Below, in pieces: positions 17,011 to 28,157 of a stretch of 64,000 nt of DNA. Position 1 is the first letter of the stretch; the number at the start of each line of letters is the position of its first letter. The stretch is from Utricularia gibba. Lineage: Eukaryota; Plantae; Magnoliophyta. The DNA lies in assembly GCA_002189035.1 (NCBI GenBank), contig CM007992.1, positions 62,001 to 126,000 on the forward strand, read 5' to 3'. A program made the translations under genes and the position numbers. The notes under the pieces were generated by a model that was given only the letters and a program-made list of their open reading frames with translations, had not been told where the DNA came from and ran no database searches.

Positions 17011-20000
17011 ATGGTGATCTATGGGCCACTGACGCCTGCTCAGGTGAGTTGCGATCTTGGTGATGCCAACTCCGTATGTAGATAGCTAATGCCTTTGAAG
17101 TTGCAGATGCCTTTTCTGAATCTGAATTTGCACAGTGTGTTTTTCATTCCCTAGTTTGGTTCAAGGTTGTTTTTTTTTCTATGCGTTCGGAGACTTGACT
17201 TGATCGATGCAGGTGGCATTTTTTATCGCAATAGTGCCCGTATTTTGTGCTTGGTTATACTCGGAGTATTTGGATCACAGGAAAAGCTCTTCGGTTCCCA
17301 AAGCGTAAGTCAAAATGATAGTCTATTTCATATGTTTTCAATCCAATGCCATGGAAATTCTCAGAACGTATATTTGTGAGTTTCTTTCCAGCGGATATGA
17401 AAAAAAAAAAAAAAACTTGGGATGAAATCAAAGATTTAATTTCAGCGAGGGTAATGGTGTTGTGATTGCGTGCCATTTTTCAAAGAATTGGAAGGGTCTT
17501 GCTGTTTGCAGTGAGTTTATTGTTTAAATTTCAGGGGCAGGAGCTCTGATATCAATTTAGCTGAGTTGGATGGAACAGCTTCAGAAAATGACAGAGCTGT
17601 TCTTTTGGAAGGCGGTATCTTGCAGTCAGCCTCTCCTCGTGCAAAGAGTGCGTCTGTGGCATCTCACGTTTTGAGGTGTGGTAGGAAACTTTTATTTGTT
17701 TTGTACTCTGGTGGGAACTTAATGTGCTTAAAGTAATTGTCATTCAGATTTCTCACCTTGGACGAGACATTCTTATTGGAGAATAAACGGACGTTAAGAG
17801 CCATGTATGTCTGCATAATCATTTGATCCATGACCGCAGCTTCATAATTCATACTTGTGTACGCTTCAACTTTTCCATTTCTCTTGCAGGTCAGAGTTCG
17901 GTGCACTTCTAATTTACTTTTACTTGTGTGATCGTACAAATATTCTTGGTCAATCGGAAAAGGTTTGGATCTCTATAGTTTCCGTTTTTCTTTTACATTT
18001 TTTCATTAAATGACATTTGGATTCCCTATTTGATAACTGAATATCAAAAAGTCATGCATCTTCTCGTGCTAATGTTTATTATTTTTTTCTGCAGACATAC
18101 AATCGGGATCTTTTCCTATTTTTGTATTTTCTCCTCATCATTGTTTCGGCATTCACTTCATTCAAGATACACAATGACAAGTCCCCTTTCTCTGGAAAGT
18201 CGATAATGTATTTAAACAGACACCAGACAGAGGAGTGGAAAGGCTGGATGCAGGTAATATTTTTGATGATGTTTGTACAAAAATCTTCTGTATCTGAGCT
18301 TGTTATCCTTAATTTTCAAAAAATTATATCATGTACCCATAGGTACTGTTTCTTATGTACCACTACTTTGCTGCCAAAGAATTCTACAATGCTATAAGAG
18401 TCTTCATTGCTGCATACGTCTGGATGACTGGTTTTGGGAATTTTTCATACTATTACATCCGTAAGGATTTCAGCCTCGCCAGGTTTATCCAGGTAGGGTA
18501 TGCTACCGTAGAGTAATTCCTCTGCTATCGGGAAAATGGTAGCCTTATGCTCCTAAATTGATCTTTTAGATGATGTGGCGACTTAACTTCTTGGTGCTGT
18601 TCTGCTGCATTGTGCTCAACAATAGTTACATGCTATACTACATATGCCCCATGCACACGCTTTTCACCCTTATGGTCTATGGGGCCCTCGGTATTTTCAA
18701 CAAGTATAATGAGAATGGGGCTGTCATAGCTGTGAAATTCGTGGCCTGCTTCTTGGTGGTTATTCTTATTTGGGAGGTTCCTGGCGTTTTTGAGATCTTC
18801 TGGAGCCCCTTTACTTTTTTGCTTGGTTAGTGGCGTTTGGATATGGTATATAGGTTGTTTAGTTTAGCTAATGTGGGCGTATGAAACTTGGTACATGAAT
18901 ATGTTTCAGGATACAAGGATCCAGCTTCAAATCCACCATCCCTCTTGCATGAGTGGCATTTTCGCTCTGGTCTTGATAGGTATATCTGGATAATTGGGAT
19001 GATATATGCGTACTACCACCCTACGGCAAGTCCTGCATATGCTTCTTACACATAATCGGCTCTTGCTCAAGCTTATTCTTGGCATATTGCTCTTTTTGAA
19101 AGGTCGAAAGATGGATGGAAAAATTGGAGGAAGCTGAAGCTAAGCAGAAGATAATCATAAAATCAACAATTGTGATAACATCGCTTTCAGTATGGGCCCA
19201 TATTCATCTCATTCGACATCTTGCTTATTTCCATATTCAGCACGCGAGGTTTCTTTTCAGGTTGGTTATCTATGGTGGGAGTTCGTGTACAAGCTCCCAA
19301 AAATCACTTACAACAAATATCATCCTTACACTTCTTGGATTCCTATAACGTAAGCACCTGTGTTAATGCATTATCATGTGATTCGGAAATTTATGAGTGA
19401 CAAGAAATTTCTTTCTTGCTTTCCAGCATATACATATGCGTTAGAAATGTGACCCAGCATTTCCGGTGCTACACACTAACACTTTTTGCGTAAGTAGCTT
19501 TAACTGAAATTATGAACCAACTTCGAATATGATGGTATCTGTACATGTGGTTTAATTCTCTCTGTGATCAGATGGCTAGGAAAAGTCACCCTCGAGACAT
19601 ACATCTCGCAGATTCACATATGGTTGAGGTATGACTTGAATTTTTCGTGTATCAGACAGAGCATTTCTCTCCAACTTGGATTTCATATACATGAATGTGG
19701 ACCAGGTCCGGCATACCAGACGGACAGCCAAGGCTGCTGCTTTCATTAATTCCGAACTATCCGCTGTTGAATTTCATGCTCACAACTTCCATATACATTG
19801 CGGTACTGTTTTCATACTTGTGTTTCAGCACATCCCTGTGTTGCCTATTTTGCGTGACAAGGGGGGGAATATTGCAGGTATCCTACAGGCTTTTTGAGCT
19901 CACAAACACATTGAAATCCACCTTTGTACCCAGCAAGAATGACAAGCGACTCGCACACAATTTGGTAGCCGCCATGGTTATAGCGAGCATTCTATACTGC

Positions 20001-20139
20001 GTTGGGCTTGTTCTGCTTAAACTTCCTGCTGCAATGGTAATCAACGCCTCTTCCGTTTTCACGTTTACAGTTCATTCCTTTGAAGGAAACATCAGACATA
20101 TGTGGTGTGTGCGTGTAACCTTGTCAGGTACCATCTTGA
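17011..20139 (+). CDS. RWA: REDUCED WALL ACETYLATION / Cas1p-like O-acetyltransferase; many short exons
   Basis: [11 protein letters not shown]|VAFF..., [26 protein letters not shown]...YYICPMHT and [19 protein letters not shown]. The last mini-exon (VPS*) is less certain. Confidence 0.9.
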
Positions 20140-20482
20140 TGCGATGCTGCCGCCCCAAACAGCAATGTGAATAGAGAGAGCGGCAACCAAGGCTGTGCGT
20201 GCGTAGCGACGACAACAAACCAGTTATGAATTACACACTGCCTGGTCATTGAGTGGAGGGAGTAGTAGTGTTGTTATTTTTTTTTCGTTTTCCAATCCAA
20301 AACTTGGGAGAAAGAAAGATGAGAATAATGAGTGTCCTTTTTAGCCCAATAACGACGGCGTAATTATGTGGTCCTGGGGGAGTGATTAAGGCCTCCCGGA
20401 AAGATAATCAGTCACTCGAAGGGACCAGGCGTGGCGCGGTGTAGGGGACGACACCTCCATTACTATCGGCCATCACTCACTC

Positions 20483-21068
20483 AGGCAGGCAGGGCAGGGC
20501 AGGGCAGGGCAGGGCAGGAGGAGGAGTCGGGCGGGGGGTCAAAAGGAATTACCCGAGAGAAGGAGGCGAGTGTGGGTGAATTGGCTGGCGCATACGTCTT
20601 CCTCGCAACGGCCCAGCCCGGCCCGGCCCGGCCCGGGGCATTGAATGTAAGTGCCAACCTTCTTCCCTGCCTGCACAGCACATTCCTTGTGCGTCAATGC
20701 CACTGTCGCGGGCCCGCCGGACTTGCTTGGATGCACCGCCTGCCATTCCCGGCTCCCGGTTCCCCTCTCTCTCTCTCTCTCTCTGCGTGGGATGGGATGG
20801 GATGGGATTGTGGATGGGTCCCAGGTGAAGGAGATACAAGGGGATCGGGAGGAAGCGATCCAGCCAGTGGCAGGCCACCGCTGCACCAAGGAGCCTGCCT
20901 GCCGCTCAACGATTAGCAACACAAATGCCTCACCGGCACTCCTCCTCCTGTGTGTGTGTGTGGATGGCTCAATCTCCACGATCCAAGAAACTTCCTCCAT
21001 TTTTCAGATCTTCCCTCTCCGCTCCGGATCAGATCCTTAACCCATTGGACGGGACGGGACGGGACGGG
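20483..21068. repeat. Cluster of G3-containing pentamer microsatellites plus (CT)n and (TG)n
   Basis: (AGGGC)5 at 20491, (GCCCG)4 at 20616, (GGGAT)4 at 20789 and (GGGAC)3GGG at 21051. Confidence 0.9.
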
Positions 21069-21229
21069 CCGGCGGTTTTCCGACGCCTTCCCTTCCAGTT
21101 CCCTCTCCAGGACCAGACAGGCCACGTGGCGTCCCCTCCATTTTTTTTTCTGTGGTCCGTCACTACATAATTACATTGCCCCACCCGCTGGGCCCGCCCC
21201 ACGCCCATCCTCCATAAAAGCAAATGCCA

Positions 21230-21660
21230 TCTCTTTTTCTCCTACGATTCACATCCCCTTCCTTCCTTCTGTTCCTCCTCCTATCCTATTGATGCAGAGC
21301 CTCCGGCTTCAGCTTCAGCCCCAGCCTCAGCCTCAGCCTCAGCCCGCGTGTGATGAGGAAAGAGATGAAGACGGGGATGAAGTTGATGATGAGAAGCCGG
21401 TCCGACTGATTTGTGGAAACTCGGCGCTATCCTATCTGAGCTTTGCTTTTTAATGTAAAACTTTTTCGTTTGTGGGTGTGTTGTGTTGTTCTTGACCTTG
21501 TAAGGCCTTTTCTTGACCTTGTAAGACCCCTTCTTACAAGGGGTTGCTGTCTTGGTTTTGTGATCTGGGATGCGACGCCATCCGCCGGGTCTGTGTCTCT
21601 TTCTCCCACCCCACCTCCTCCTTCCCTGTCTATCCCTCCCTCATGAGCTGCCTTTGTTTT
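21230..21660 (+). ncRNA. TAS3: TAS3 (long type) trans-acting siRNA precursor; transcript ends approximate
   Basis: Tandem tasiARFs TTCTTGACCTTGTAAGGCCTT (21489-21509) and TTCTTGACCTTGTAAGACCCC (21510-21530). 5' miR390 site GGCGCTATCCTATCTGAGCTT (21423-21443) is mispaired at positions 9-11. Altered 3' site at about 21626-21650. Confidence 0.95.
21292..21453 (+). CDS. TAS3 small ORF (53 aa) reading through the 5' miR390 site
   Basis: ATG at 21292 gives MQSLRLQLQPQPQPQPQPACDEERDEDGDEVDDEKPVRLICGNSALSYLSFAF*. A short ORF overlapping the 5' site is a known TAS3 feature. Confidence 0.6.
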   Translation: MQSLRLQLQPQPQPQPQPACDEERDEDGDEVDDEKPVRLICGNSALSYLSFAF

Positions 21661-23667
21661 CATTCCATCCTCGTTGAAATGGATGCTTGATGCTCTTTAC
21701 TTCCCATGTAATCGATTGGCGAAGGTGGTATCCGCATGTGTTTTGAAACTGCTTTTTAATTTTATGCTCCTGCGTATTGAAAACAATACCACTTATGTCT
21801 AAAAGAAAGTACCTCCGATCAAATTACATTACCGTGGAAAAAGCGGAGGAGAATGCTGTTTTCCTTTAGCATGTTTGGCCCCCATGCCACATTTATCATT
21901 GACCAAAAAGTCCCATTGAATCACTTTTGGTCACTTCGCAGCTGAACGCTTTGTCTGCTCCATGTTTCACAACCTTGGAGCTGCAGAGTGCGTTACGCTT
22001 GGCTTGCCGCCGTAACTTACACTCCGTTATACAATACAGTGACAATTTACCGTGGGGTGGGTAGGATTTATCAATAAGGTAGACTAGACGGGTAAATGCT
22101 GAATTATTTGTCTTGGTTCGGTCTTAGTGTTGCACGGGGTGGAGATCAAAAGCGGACGACAATGGCGGCAGTTGGGAAATGTCTGACGCGCAAAGCGAAA
22201 ACGCATGCGCACAACAATGGTGGGCTGCTGAGGTAATTCAGGCGTAACGGAATTGGAATCGCTATTTCTCCTTTCATTCTGATAATTGTAAACCGATCTT
22301 TCTGCTGTTGCTATATGGGCATCCGATCTCATTTCGCGATTGCATTGATCATGGGAAAGCGATCTGATGCGAATGTGTAACTTGAAGACAGAAGTATAAA
22401 CAGAGACAAAGAGAACTCTCACCGTTGGGGGGGAGGAGATCGATATGCATGGAAACACATTAACGATCATCAGTCTACGTTGGTAATCCAAAAGGTAAGT
22501 TTTCATACAACAAACACTACAATTGTGCGTTGAGTTTTCAAAAAAGGGTCAGTGCTTAAAGTAATGATAATAAGTTCATTGGTAATCCAAAAGGTAAGTT
22601 TCTAACCTGCGGATAAAAACTCTATGACAAATGCAAATGGAGGAGTAGTCTTCAATCATAAATTCAAGCAACTAATGCCATAAAATTTCAGATGTTGAGA
22701 GGTGGATTTCTCTTATAGTTGCCTTGAGACATGTGAAGTACAACAAATATTCGAGTAATTACACTTGTAACTTTGGTTATGATTTTAAATGGGGATGATG
22801 AATTTCTGCACGGATCAACGGCATACTAAACCAAGGCTTGGGAGTGGGAGTAGCCGGTGGATGAAATCTCTGTTGTTTTTTTTTTCTTTTTCAACTGACG
22901 GCTTCAGTCCTTGGAGCTTGTTGTTGTGTACCTTCGTCAACGTAAAGATACGTTTCAAGGACCGCTGATCTCTTCGGTTTTGGGGGTGGCAATTGGCAAG
23001 TGAAGATTTTGACTTTCCGTGTATTTAGGCAGGGAGTAAGCTTACCGAGTGCCTTTTTGGATATGAGATTTACAGAAAAATTTATGGGCGACCCGCGAAC
23101 TTGCTTGTGCTTTCTAGATAGATGCTGATGCCGCTGTAGAGGGCTTTACCTGGAAGGCCAGAGAGATAAAGAGGGGCGAGGGAGCGTGAAAAATGGGATA
23201 TGGGAATGGTTTTTGCGCAGGAGCAGAGTTCGTTTTAGACCCTAAAGGGTTGGTCGATCCGAACCTTCTTTTGTTGGGCCAAAGATTGGAGAGGGAGCTC
23301 AAGCTAAAGTCTATGAAGGAAGGTGAGTTGTCTTTGTTTTTTTTTTTTTTTTTCTGATCTTCTTTAAGAACCTTGATCTGTGAAGTGAAATGGTTTCGAT
23401 TTGAGAACCTTAGGATTTTGAAAGCCTCCGTTCCAGTCTGAGTTGTAATGAGATCCAATGAACAGTAGAATTCGCACGCACGTTTAAGACAACTTTCTTT
23501 TTCTGATGTGACATGATTCTTGTCTCTTTTGTTGTGTTATTTATTTTCACCCTCGATACTGTGTTTGGAATTCGCGGTTGCCTAGACTTACATTCCTAGC
23601 ACAGTAGAGTACAGTTCTCGGTGCAACGTGTCATTTGATGTCAGTATCTGTGTCATCTATGGACCAG

Positions 23668-24365
23668 ATACAAAAATCGAAGTGTTGCTGTCAAAATTGT
23701 CCAAAGAGGGGAGACACCTGAAGATATAGCATGGCAAGATTCGGAAGAGAAGTTGCCATGCTATCTCGAGTACAGCGCAAGAACCGAGTTAAGGTTGCGA
23801 TTAGCTATTCAGTTGGTAGAGATTCTGAATTAATGTTCTTGATCTTCTGGGGTCGACTTTTTGCTACTTCGTTAGTCTCCCTCTTTATTTATAGTCCCTC
23901 GCACTTGATCGAGCATCTCCACCGCTTGTACAGCACTTTCCTTTCTTCGCTTGGCTGTTATTGGGTTAGATGCTGGTGTTTACAGATAGAGCCCATGTCT
24001 CTTTTGTTGGGTTATTTCATGTCTCGCCGTCTTGAGTGACTCTGAACCCTGTGATCGATCCACAGTTCATTGCAGCTTGCCGGGAACCTGTCATGGTCAT
24101 TGTGACAGAACTTCTGCTAGGAGGGACATTGCGGAAGTGCTTGCTAAGTCTTCGTTCAAGGTGCCTGGAGATGCATGTTGCCATTGGATTCGCTCTCGAC
24201 ATTGCTCATGCCATCGTCATCTGAAACCTGGTAATGCCGAATTTCTGCCCCTTCGCTCCAAAGATTGTATTTTTATACATTTCATGTTATTAGCGAGGGA
24301 AAAGGTCTCAGAAAGAGTCAGTTCTTTGCCACAGTATGTGTACTGATCGCTGGATAGCGCCAGAG
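23668..24365 (+). pseudogene. Decayed ATN1/STY-type (C-group Raf-like) protein kinase
   Basis: YKNRSVAVKIVQRGETPEDIA, a frameshift, then ARFGREVAMLSRVQRKNRVK. Next FIAACREPVMVIVTELLLGGTLRK...FALDIAHA with the MECLHSHGII segment missing before a degenerate RDLKP. A remnant RWIAPE ends at a GT donor; other exons not found. Confidence 0.85.
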
Positions 24366-24552
24366 GTAGGTAGTTCACCTTGGTTTTCTCTTTTTACCGA
24401 CCTTTACAACTGGACAGAATGGTTCTTCTTGAAGCTGGGAATAACTAATTGTAAAGGTCGGTAATAACTAACAACGAACTTCCCCAAAAGAGGCGAATCT
24501 GGCAAGTGACTCACGAATGAAGGTTCAGTTATGGATGAATGATTAGGAGCAA

Positions 24553-25601
24553 CTAGGGGCGGGGTCCTCCGAGGAAGATGTTGGCGGCGCGAGGCACATA
24601 GACAACATTTCCATTCCGGGACATGGATGCAACATTTTCTCTTGCTGCTTCAATCTTCCTCAGCTCAATCAGTCCCATCCCTGCGGCAGCGGTTGCATCA
24701 GAAATCAACTTGGCGGCCTCACTTTCACCTTCAGCTCTGATGATGGCGGCCCTCCTCTCCTGCTCCGCCTTCATCACTACAAATTTGGAGCGTTCAGCCT
24801 CCTGCTGTGCAACCTGTTTCTGCTCCACAGCCTTGGAGAACTCGGCGCCATATGACAAGTGAGTGATTGCAACGTCGTCAAGTTCAATGTTGAAATCTTT
24901 GGCCCTCCCCATTAGGCCTTCACGGACAAGTGCAGAGACACGGGGTCGTTCGGTAAGCAACTGATCAGCATTGAATTGAGCAACAACTGCCTTGAGAACC
25001 TCATTGCCAATTGATGGGAGGACTTTCTCATCGTATTCCAACCCCAGAGTCTTGAAGATGTCTGGTAACCGATTGACCTCAGGGCGAGAAAGCACACGGA
25101 GGGTGAGATTCACCATCTGCAGATCCTTGGTTCCTGGCACCATACGTGACTTTGTTATTTCAGTACTTTCTTATCCTAAATCAAGAACCACGACAAATGA
25201 CAACCTATCAATACATATTAAAGCATCTTCGACTTCAGGCGTACAGATTAAGTGGTTAAACACGGTACATCCTTCATTTGACTGTTGAGAGACTGGTCAC
25301 ATTCATTCAATCACATTCAAGGACAGAGTACGTTAACTGTTTTACCTGAGATGGAGGAAAACGTGTGAGGACGGGTGCGAATGTCAAAGATATAAGGTTT
25401 TTGAAGCCATGGAACCAAAAAGTGAGTGCCTTCACTGACGGTATCATCGATAACTCCACGGAAACGATCAAAAAGTACAGCGCGCTGGCCACCGTCGATG
25501 GTGTAGAGAGATGAATTGAGTACGGTGGCGCCGATACCGAGGCTGAATGCAGCCCGCGCAATATTCGTCAGGAGAGACGCGGCGGCTTGGCTGCTCCCCA
25601 T
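24553..25601 (-). CDS. PHB3: Mitochondrial prohibitin, type I (PHB3/PHB4-like); 2 exons
   Basis: [22 protein letters not shown]...[15 protein letters not shown]...FSSISG|[14 protein letters not shown]...[15 protein letters not shown]. Confidence 0.92.
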
Positions 25602-25880
25602 CTCGACTCTGATTCACGGAGAATCAAAACTTCCGCCTGAAGTGCAGCAACGAGGGTTTTTGGGAAATCTTCGCCCAACTGCTAGTCACCAGCTTGCACC
25701 AAAACTAAAACCCTTCGAAAAGTTAAATGGGCCGGACCGGGTGGTGCCGCGCTGGGCCTCTGGATGTTTTTCCCTTTTACGAAAAGTGAAATTAAAAAAT
25801 CCGCATTTCCAAACCCTAATTCATCGACGATCGCCTTCTCGCGCGTGACGCTCGTTAACAGCTCGCTCAGTCTACCCATT
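25602..25880. promoter_or_regulatory. Short bidirectional promoter between prohibitin and mL54
   Basis: Head-to-head genes. TGGGCC site-II motifs near 25726 and 25753, and an AAACCCTAA telo-box near 25811. Confidence 0.6.
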
Positions 25881-26152
25881 ATCCGAGGTAATCGACGACT
25901 TTATTTAACTTCATTTGTTCGAGATTTCTTTGGTTTGGAAATTTTGATTCCTGATGCTACCAGAATTTTCGGAATCGCAGATTTTGTTTCTGAAAAAACA
26001 GAGTTTGAACCCAGCTGTTACTGACATTTTTTATGAATGCACTCGAAAATGTGGAGATAAAACATTTCCCAAATCATGGAATTTGCGTTCTCAATAAGAA
26101 TTTGTTTTTTATGATGTCGTGGATTGTCATTTCTGCAGTATCTTCCTCTGTC

Positions 26153-26524
26153 ATGCGTTTCTTGGGAGGGATTCGTGTTGCTGGAGTGTTAGGCCGTAGA
26201 ACATTCGCTGCTGGTGGAGCCAAGGCCAAGAAGGGCAAGGGTGGTGCAGCTGCTGATGGCCCGAGGGCATCCATAATAAGCAAGGAGATCAAATCCACTA
26301 CAGTTTTTGGTGCAAACATTTTGAAAGATGGGCAGGATCCTAAAGTTCTCCCGGATTCGGAGTACCCAGATTGGCTTTGGCGCCTGCTCGATAAACGTCC
26401 TGCACTTAGTGAGCTCCGGAGGAAAGAAGCGGAAACGCTTCCTTATGATGATTTAAAGAGGCTTGTGAAACTGGATAACCGTGCAAGGATCAAGGAGAAC
26501 AATTCCCTGAAAGCCAAGAACTAA
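26153..26524 (+). CDS. Mitochondrial ribosomal protein mL54 (L37 family)
   Basis: MRFLGGIRVAGVLGRRTFAAGG...GANILKDGQDPKVLPDSEYPDWLWRLLD. The likely ATG follows a 5'-UTR intron ending at TTCTGCAG (26138). Confidence 0.85.
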   Translation: MRFLGGIRVAGVLGRRTFAAGGAKAKKGKGGAAADGPRASIISKEIKSTTVFGANILKDGQDPKVLPDSEYPDWLWRLLDKRPALSELRRKEAETLPYDDLKRLVKLDNRARIKENNSLKAKN

Positions 26525-27270
26525 GAGCAGATTGCAGGCCTAGAGCTCTTCTTCCGTTCTGAATTCCCTCGCATCGGGCACTCCTCCAAGTTTGAAAATA
26601 TTTTGGTGTTAGCGTTAACCATGAGATAAGTCTAATTCCAATGCCTTGATTTGGGGTGGGCTGGCTGTAAATGCCAGCGTCTGGCCTGACCCCCAACGAT
26701 GAGCCAAGTCAAATCCCTCATTGGATTCCCTGCACGTCTTCTTAATAAACGACAGGCCAAGCCAGGTTCGCATAAAGTGATCAAACTCCCCCAAACAGGC
26801 GTGCGGGAGCAGCATTTGTCCATGTTGAAGTTCTGCGAGGCGCATTGCTCCAACTCTGATCTGGATCCACACCCCCCACGTGTGTGTATGGACGAAGATG
26901 GGGCTTTCAGCCAAGTTGGGCTGCACTTTTTTAAAGGAAGTTTTAGTTACCACCATTTTGAATCGGGAAGGGAACAGGGAGGGTGAAAAAGATGAGGAGA
27001 TTTTCACTTCTTGCTGCCTTAAATGCAGTGGGTGCACGTGTGCTTATCTTCATTGCTGATGTTTCCTCGCGCACCCAATTGCGTAGATTGACATACCAAA
27101 GAAGAAGAGCAAGAGATCTATATGTCCATCTCCAAGGAATCAACATGGGATTATGGCCGTTTATACAGTGCAACTAAAATGCATCTTCTTAGACGTAGAG
27201 TAACTACTATATTAAAGAAAAACTCAACTGGAAACGACTACTGCTTGCACTGGAGACACGACGGTAGTCT

Positions 27271-27552
27271 TCAGCGGCACATGAATATGGACTCCAAGTC
27301 TTCCGGCAGTCTGAAATACTCTCTGGGTTCGGCCGGCCGGCAGGCGGTGGAGGCGTGGGGGCGTTTCCTCGGAGGCGGCGGCGGACAGTGAAGCGGCTCC
27401 GGTATCCTGAACTCACGCGCTGTGGGGGTAGAGGGGCAGCCGTAGTCGTCGTAGTGTTGGGGAGGGGGCTTGGTGAGAAGGGGCTTCAGAATCCACAATT
27501 TGGCCTCCGCCTCTTCACATAACGCCGACTCCCTGCTTCCGTAGAACCCCAT
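27271..27552 (-). CDS. SMR: SIAMESE-related cyclin-dependent kinase inhibitor
   Basis: 93 aa with SMR motifs GCPSTPT, CPPPPPRK and YFRLPEDLESIF. Confidence 0.88.
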   Translation of the reverse strand: MGFYGSRESALCEEAEAKLWILKPLLTKPPPQHYDDYGCPSTPTAREFRIPEPLHCPPPPPRKRPHASTACRPAEPREYFRLPEDLESIFMCR

Positions 27553-27779
27553 TCCGTGACAGGAGAAAAGAGAAGAGAAGTTGCAGGCAGTTTCGCGAAG
27601 ACAAGAAGAAGAAATGGAGGGGAGGAGAGAAATTTCCGAGAGATGGGTGGCGGCAAAACAGGGGGTATTTATATATATAGTGGGAGAAGAAAGCTTGACC
27701 TAAAAGCCTATGCCCCAAAAGTAATTTCACAGGCTTGTGGCATACGATTCAGATTTCCATTTTGGCGCTGTCGTTCCCG

Positions 27780-28110
27780 CCCACGTCACGCCCTTTCGCT
27801 TCGCTTCTGTATTTCGATTATTTATTTATTTATTTATCTATCCATTGAATGGGGAGCAGTTAAGTTCATGAACTCTTCTTGGCCATGGCATCATCCCCTC
27901 CAGATTCCCTGAACAAGGGGCTTGAGATAAGAAAAGTCGCCGGTGTTTATTGCCAGTAAATTAAGTAATAAATTAAGGATACCATGCGGTGCGCCGGTGG
28001 TTTGACTCAATCTCGTCGACTGGTCAAGCATTTCGTCCTCCTACTCGTGGGACGTGGCGGCAGAATACGTTACCTCGACATGCACCTCACCACGTTTCAC
28101 TGACTTCTCT
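27780..28110 (+). promoter_or_regulatory. Seed/ABA-type oleosin promoter elements
   Basis: ACGT-core ABRE-like sites CCACGTCA (about 27781), GGACGTGGC (about 28049) and CCACGTTT (about 28090), plus an RY core CATGCA (about 28079). Confidence 0.5.
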
Positions 28111-28157
28111 GCTTCTTATGCCTCTTCCTCCTTGCCTCATGCCACCAGTTAGTCGAA

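Noticed and set aside
20431-21453. Long GC-rich ORFs (129-167 aa) upstream of TAS3
   Set aside because: They are low-complexity products of the microsatellites. Only the ATG-21292 ORF has contextual support.
22320-22372. miR393-like GATTGCATTGATC in a small inverted repeat
   Set aside because: The 5' half of miR393 is missing and the stem is only about 9 bp.
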